A stretch of DNA of 32,000 nt, from contig NC_000962.3 in NCBI RefSeq assembly GCF_000195955.2, forward strand, positions 1,500,001 through 1,532,000. The letters are read 5' to 3'. Both the position numbers and the translations under genes were made by a program. Of this stretch, positions 29,601 to 32,000 are shown piece after piece (within the stretch, counting starts at the first letter, position 1; every line of letters starts with the position of its first letter). Under the pieces are notes generated by a model. The model did no database searches. It worked only from the letters and a program-made list of their open reading frames with translations, and had not been told where the DNA came from. This DNA is from Mycobacterium tuberculosis H37Rv. GTDB lineage: Bacteria; Actinomycetota; Actinomycetes; Mycobacteriales; Mycobacteriaceae.

Positions 29601-30091
29601 AGACGTACCTCGCGATGCCGGATGCCCTAGAACTTCTCGCAGGTCTGGCCGGTGAGGCCGGTAACCACGGTCAAGCAGTGCGCCTTTTCGGCGCGGCCGC
29701 GGCCCAGCGGCAGCGTACGGGGGAGGTTCGCCACAAGATTTGGGACGCCGGCTATGAGGCCGCCACGGCGGCGCTTCGTGATGCGATGGGCGACGAAGAT
29801 TTCACTGCCGCCTGGGCTGAGGGTGCCGCGGCCCCCTTGGACGAGGCGATCGCCTACGCACAACGCGGTCGCGGCGAACGCAAACGCCCAAGCAACGGCT
29901 GGGACGCGCTGACCCCGGCCGAGCACAAAATCGTAAAGCTCGTCACCGAAGGACTGGTCACCAAGGACATCGCCGCGAGGCTTTTCGTCTCACCGCGTAC
30001 CGTGCAAACACACCTCACCCACATCTACACCAAGCTCGACGTCACCTCCCGTGTCCAACTTGTACAGGAGGCCGCGCAACACTCGACCTAG
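26612..30091 (+). CDS. Large LuxR-family regulator: class III cyclase-homology domain + P-loop NTPase (STAND/AAA-like) + TPR-like helical repeats + C-terminal LuxR HTH (Rv1358-like)
   Basis: The ORF is 1159 aa. The cyclase block is LLTADVEGSTRL ... RVGVHTGDV. The Walker A is GEGGVGKTRLA and the Walker B-like block is LMVLDNCEH. A long Ala/Leu-rich helical repeat region follows. The C-terminal HTH is LTPAEHKIVKLVTEGLVTKDIAARLFVSPRTVQTHLTHIYTKLDV. The true start may lie downstream of 26612. Confidence 0.92.
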   Translation: MFLSAPAFRVEPTRSRHSALRWARHRRFADGPRWQMLRSLQIADQIARTGHMPVRRLDLIWISARNAARRELDLGVAALVEAVTLLTADVEGSTRLSQTRLNELAADYPTLDQNISEAVAAHGGVTRPVDQEVGSGLVVAFLRAGDAIACALELQLSTLAPMRPRVGVHTGDVRLRGDGTITGSAINESACLRDLAHEGQTLLSAATGDLVIDQLPANTWLTDVGKYPLRGLHRQERVIQLCHRDLRNEFPPLRMSVGNRSSLPAQFTTFVGRDAQINEVQEVLTNYRLVTLRGEGGVGKTRLAIQIAAASEFRDGLCFVDLAPIADPGMVSTTAAHALGLIDRPGSSTFDTLSHAIGNCHMLMVLDNCEHVLDACAELVVELLGACPELSILATSRESIGVTGEVTWVVPSLSPANEAIQLFTERARLVQPNFEIVADNFDAVSEICRRLDGMPLAIELAAARLRSLSPNEIANSLDDRFRLLTGGARSTVQRQQTLRASMDWSYALLTDTERILFRRLAVFVGGFDLTAASEVAAAGGDDFVERYSVLDQLTLLVDKSLVVAEESRGSTRYRLLETVRQYALEKLNESEEIDGVRARHRTHYATMAAGLNVPASTDYEQRLLQAEAEIDNLRAAFTWSRGNGDIAAALQLASALQPLWSQGRMREGLAWLESILEREGDNHLVPAGVWARALAEKVILKAWPATSPMGAPDIVAQAHHALALARDAGDCAVLARALVACGCGSGCDTEAAQPYFAEAIELARAINDEWTLSQIDYWQVVGIFISGQPIPLRAAAEQARELADSIGNRFVSRQCRLFACLAQIWEGDANGALALSRDVTAEAEVANDVVTKVLGLYVEAMALSYIGDSAARTIAGAALEAATELGGIYQDLGYGAITRAALAAGDVAAIEASEASWDLRNQHNVVTAHHELMAQAALVRGDVTTARRFADEAVLASTGWHLMMALIARARVAIAQDELGKARDDAHAAVACGVGVQTYLAMPDALELLAGLAGEAGNHGQAVRLFGAAAAQRQRTGEVRHKIWDAGYEAATAALRDAMGDEDFTAAWAEGAAAPLDEAIAYAQRGRGERKRPSNGWDALTPAEHKIVKLVTEGLVTKDIAARLFVSPRTVQTHLTHIYTKLDVTSRVQLVQEAAQHST

Positions 30092-30163
30092 GATTGCGCG
30101 GCCAGCGCAGGCCCGGAGTTCGAATCGGATGCAATACGCAACCAATCTGGGCTCTTCTGCGCG

Positions 30164-30925
30164 TTGTCGCTGATGTTCATGGCTCTTCGCGCCCCCATGC
30201 TTGAGCGCATGAACGGTTTGCATACAGATGACGCGCCGGTCAATTGGCTCGAGCGGCGAGGTGGCCGGCTTACGTCGAGGCGGAGGGTGACGTTGCTCCA
30301 TGCTGGAGTGGAACACCCGATGCGGCTGTGGGGCGTCCAATCCGAGGCGATAACTGCCGCGATGGTGCTTAGCCGGAAGGTATCGGCCATCATTGCCGGA
30401 CACTGCGGTGTGCGCCTAGTTGATCAGGGCGTGGGCGATGGCTTCGTCGCCGCGTTCGCCCATGCCAGCGATGCCGTCGCATGTGCTCTGGAGTTGCACC
30501 AGGCTCCGTTGTCCCCGATCGTCCTGCGCATCGGGATTCACACCGGTGAGGCGCAGTTGGTCGACGAGCGCATCTACGCCGGCGCCACAATGAACCTGGC
30601 TGCAGAGCTACGGGATTTAGCCCATGGTGGGCAGACCGTGATGTCGGGTGCTACCGAGGATGCGGTACTCGGCCGGCTTCCCATGCGCGCTTGGCTAATT
30701 GGCTTGAGGCCCATGGAAGGGTCCCCGGAAGGGCATAACTTCCCCCAGTCACAACGCATAGCACAATTGTGCCATCCGAACCTTCGCAACACCTTTCCGC
30801 CGCTGCGCATGCGCATCGCCGATGCGAGCGGAATTCCTTATGTGGGGCGGATTCTGGTTAACGTTCAGGTAGTTCCCCACTGGGAAGGAGGGTGTGCCGC
30901 AGCGGGGATGGTCCTTGCTGGGTGA
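30164..30925 (+). CDS. Cyclase-homology-domain-only paralogue of the preceding regulator, probably catalytically degenerate (Rv1359-like)
   Basis: The ORF is 253 aa; an alternative ATG lies 3 codons in. It aligns by eye to the N-terminus of the 1159-aa protein: [44 protein letters not shown] and [18 protein letters not shown]. The metal-binding block reads [12 protein letters not shown], so the Asp is lost. Confidence 0.85.
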
Positions 30926-30972
30926 AGCGCCATTGAGGGCCAGACGATAGGTTGGCCAGCGACGTCCTCAAC

Positions 30973-31209
30973 TCAGACTCTCGGCGCGACCTGACCGGCG
31001 GTTACGATCATCTGCTCGGACATTCGCAAGAGAGCGTGCTCGCCCACTCCCTGCGGCAAGGTGTAGGCCAGCTCGCGCAACTTAACCGCGCACTCGTAGA
31101 GCGTCTGGCGGAAATGCGTTTCGGTCATCGGGGTGCCTTCGCTCGTCGGCGAGATCGGCAGCGGTGTCTTGTGCTCATACAGATCAATCTCATTCATCAG
31201 AGCCATCAT
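30973..31209 (-). CDS. Candidate small protein (78 aa), no recognisable family
   Basis: By hand count, 62 of 78 codons end in G/C (about 79 percent), which is typical of genuine genes here. The overlapping plus-strand ORF 30952..31293 gives about 60 percent. The amino-acid composition is balanced (MMALMNEIDLYEHKTPLPISPTSEGTPMTETHFRQTLYECAVKLRELAYTLPQG...). I found no clear Shine-Dalgarno or -10 element. Confidence 0.4.
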   Translation of the reverse strand: MMALMNEIDLYEHKTPLPISPTSEGTPMTETHFRQTLYECAVKLRELAYTLPQGVGEHALLRMSEQMIVTAGQVAPRV

Positions 31210-31334
31210 TCGCCGGCTAGCAGCTGCAAATCATCAGCACATCCACGTATGTCGTCGGCTGCCCAGCGCGCAATGTGTGGCACGGCGAGTTGATGTTCAA
31301 CCTCGGCGTGTCCTGCATACTGGATTTCTTACTG

Positions 31335-31340
31335 TAAAGT
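31335..31340 (+). promoter_or_regulatory. Candidate -10 hexamer (TAAAGT) immediately upstream of the LLM oxidoreductase start (possible leaderless mRNA)
   Basis: The hexamer fits TANNNT and ends 8 nt before the A of the ATG at 31348. No Shine-Dalgarno sequence is present. Confidence 0.3.
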
Positions 31341-31347
31341 CACCCAA

Positions 31348-32000
31348 ATGGGTGGTGCCCGCCGGCTCAAGCTCGACGGGAGCATCCCCAACCAGCTCGC
31401 CCGGGCGGCCGACGCGGCCGTCGCACTTGAGCGCAATGGTTTCGATGGGGGCTGGACAGCTGAAGCCAGCCATGATCCCTTTCTCCCGCTGCTACTGGCT
31501 GCCGAGCACACGTCGCGACTTGAGCTTGGCACCAACATCGCGGTAGCGTTCGCGCGCAATCCGATGATTGTCGCCAACGTGGGCTGGGACCTACAGACGT
31601 ACTCGAAGGGAAGATTGATCCTCGGTCTGGGAACCCAGATCCGGCCGCACATCGAGAAACGATTCAGCATGCCCTGGGGTCATCCGGCACGTCGGATGCG
31701 TGAATTCGTCGCCGCGCTGCGTGCGATCTGGTTGGCTTGGCAGGACGGGACCAAGCTTTGCTTCGAGGGTGAGTTCTACACCCACAAGATCATGACCCCG
31801 ATGTTCACACCCGAGCCGCAGCCCTATCCCGTTCCGAGAGTCTTCATCGCCGCTGTCGGTGAAGCGATGACCGAAATGTGCGGCGAAGTCGCCGACGGCC
31901 ACCTCGGTCACCCTATGGTCTCGAAACGGTACCTCACCGAGGTGTCGGTGCCGGCGCTGCTACGTGGCCTGGCGCGATCGGGTCGCGATCGCAGTGCCTT
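31348..32000 (+). CDS. Luciferase-like monooxygenase (LLM) family, F420-dependent-type oxidoreductase, N-terminal about 217 codons (continues past window end); Rv1360-like
   Basis: Hand translation from the ATG at 31348 gives MGGARRLKLDGSIPNQLARAADAAVALERNGFDGGWTAEASHDPFLPLLLAAEHTSRLELGTNIAVAFARNPMIVANVGWDLQTYSKGRLILGLGTQIRPHIEKRF... It is missing from the ORF track because the frame is open at the window edge. Confidence 0.85.
   Translation, partial: MGGARRLKLDGSIPNQLARAADAAVALERNGFDGGWTAEASHDPFLPLLLAAEHTSRLELGTNIAVAFARNPMIVANVGWDLQTYSKGRLILGLGTQIRPHIEKRFSMPWGHPARRMREFVAALRAIWLAWQDGTKLCFEGEFYTHKIMTPMFTPEPQPYPVPRVFIAAVGEAMTEMCGEVADGHLGHPMVSKRYLTEVSVPALLRGLARSGRDRSA

Noticed and set aside
30952-31293. 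113-codon plus-strand ORF overlapping the 78-codon minus-strand candidate
   Set aside because: Its GC3 is about 60 percent against about 79 percent for the opposite-strand ORF. The second half of its translation (RRRDRQRCLVLIQINLIHQSHHSPASSCKSS) looks non-coding.

Overview
This is a high-GC actinobacterial chromosome segment. From the encoded proteins I recognise it as the Mycobacterium tuberculosis complex region equivalent to H37Rv Rv1330c-Rv1360; this is recognition from memory and no search was run. Gene order: pncB1 (partial); clpS plus a DUF2017-type partner; S58 peptidase-mec-cysO-cysM-rhomboid-murI; MBL phosphodiesterase-rph-rdgB; Rv1342c-lprD; the mbt-2 mycobactin acylation genes mbtL-mbtM-mbtN with convergent mbtK; a class II tRNA-Leu(UAG); the irtA-irtB siderophore ABC transporter; fabG2 flanked by two acyl-CoA dehydrogenase relics; a small secreted protein; a four-gene minus-strand operon (Rv1356c-like, moeY, GGDEF-EAL, TetR); an EAL-only phosphodiesterase; a 1159-aa cyclase-P-loop-TPR-LuxR regulator with a truncated paralogue; and a partial LLM oxidoreductase. 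I saw no IS element, prophage, CRISPR array or long tandem repeat. Five items deserve a second look. (1) The moeY operon joins an E1-like/nitroreductase fusion and an uncharacterised, translationally coupled partner to c-di-GMP turnover, and it does not look like molybdopterin biosynthesis. (2) ACAD gene wreckage lies on both sides of fabG2, and one piece underlies an ORF that is easily called as a hypothetical gene. (3) The tRNA sits between two IdeR-box promoters. (4) An iron box lies inside the long version of the mbtL ORF. (5) A 78-codon ORF with coding-like codon bias is unaccounted for. All motif matches and GC3 figures are hand counts from the sequence.
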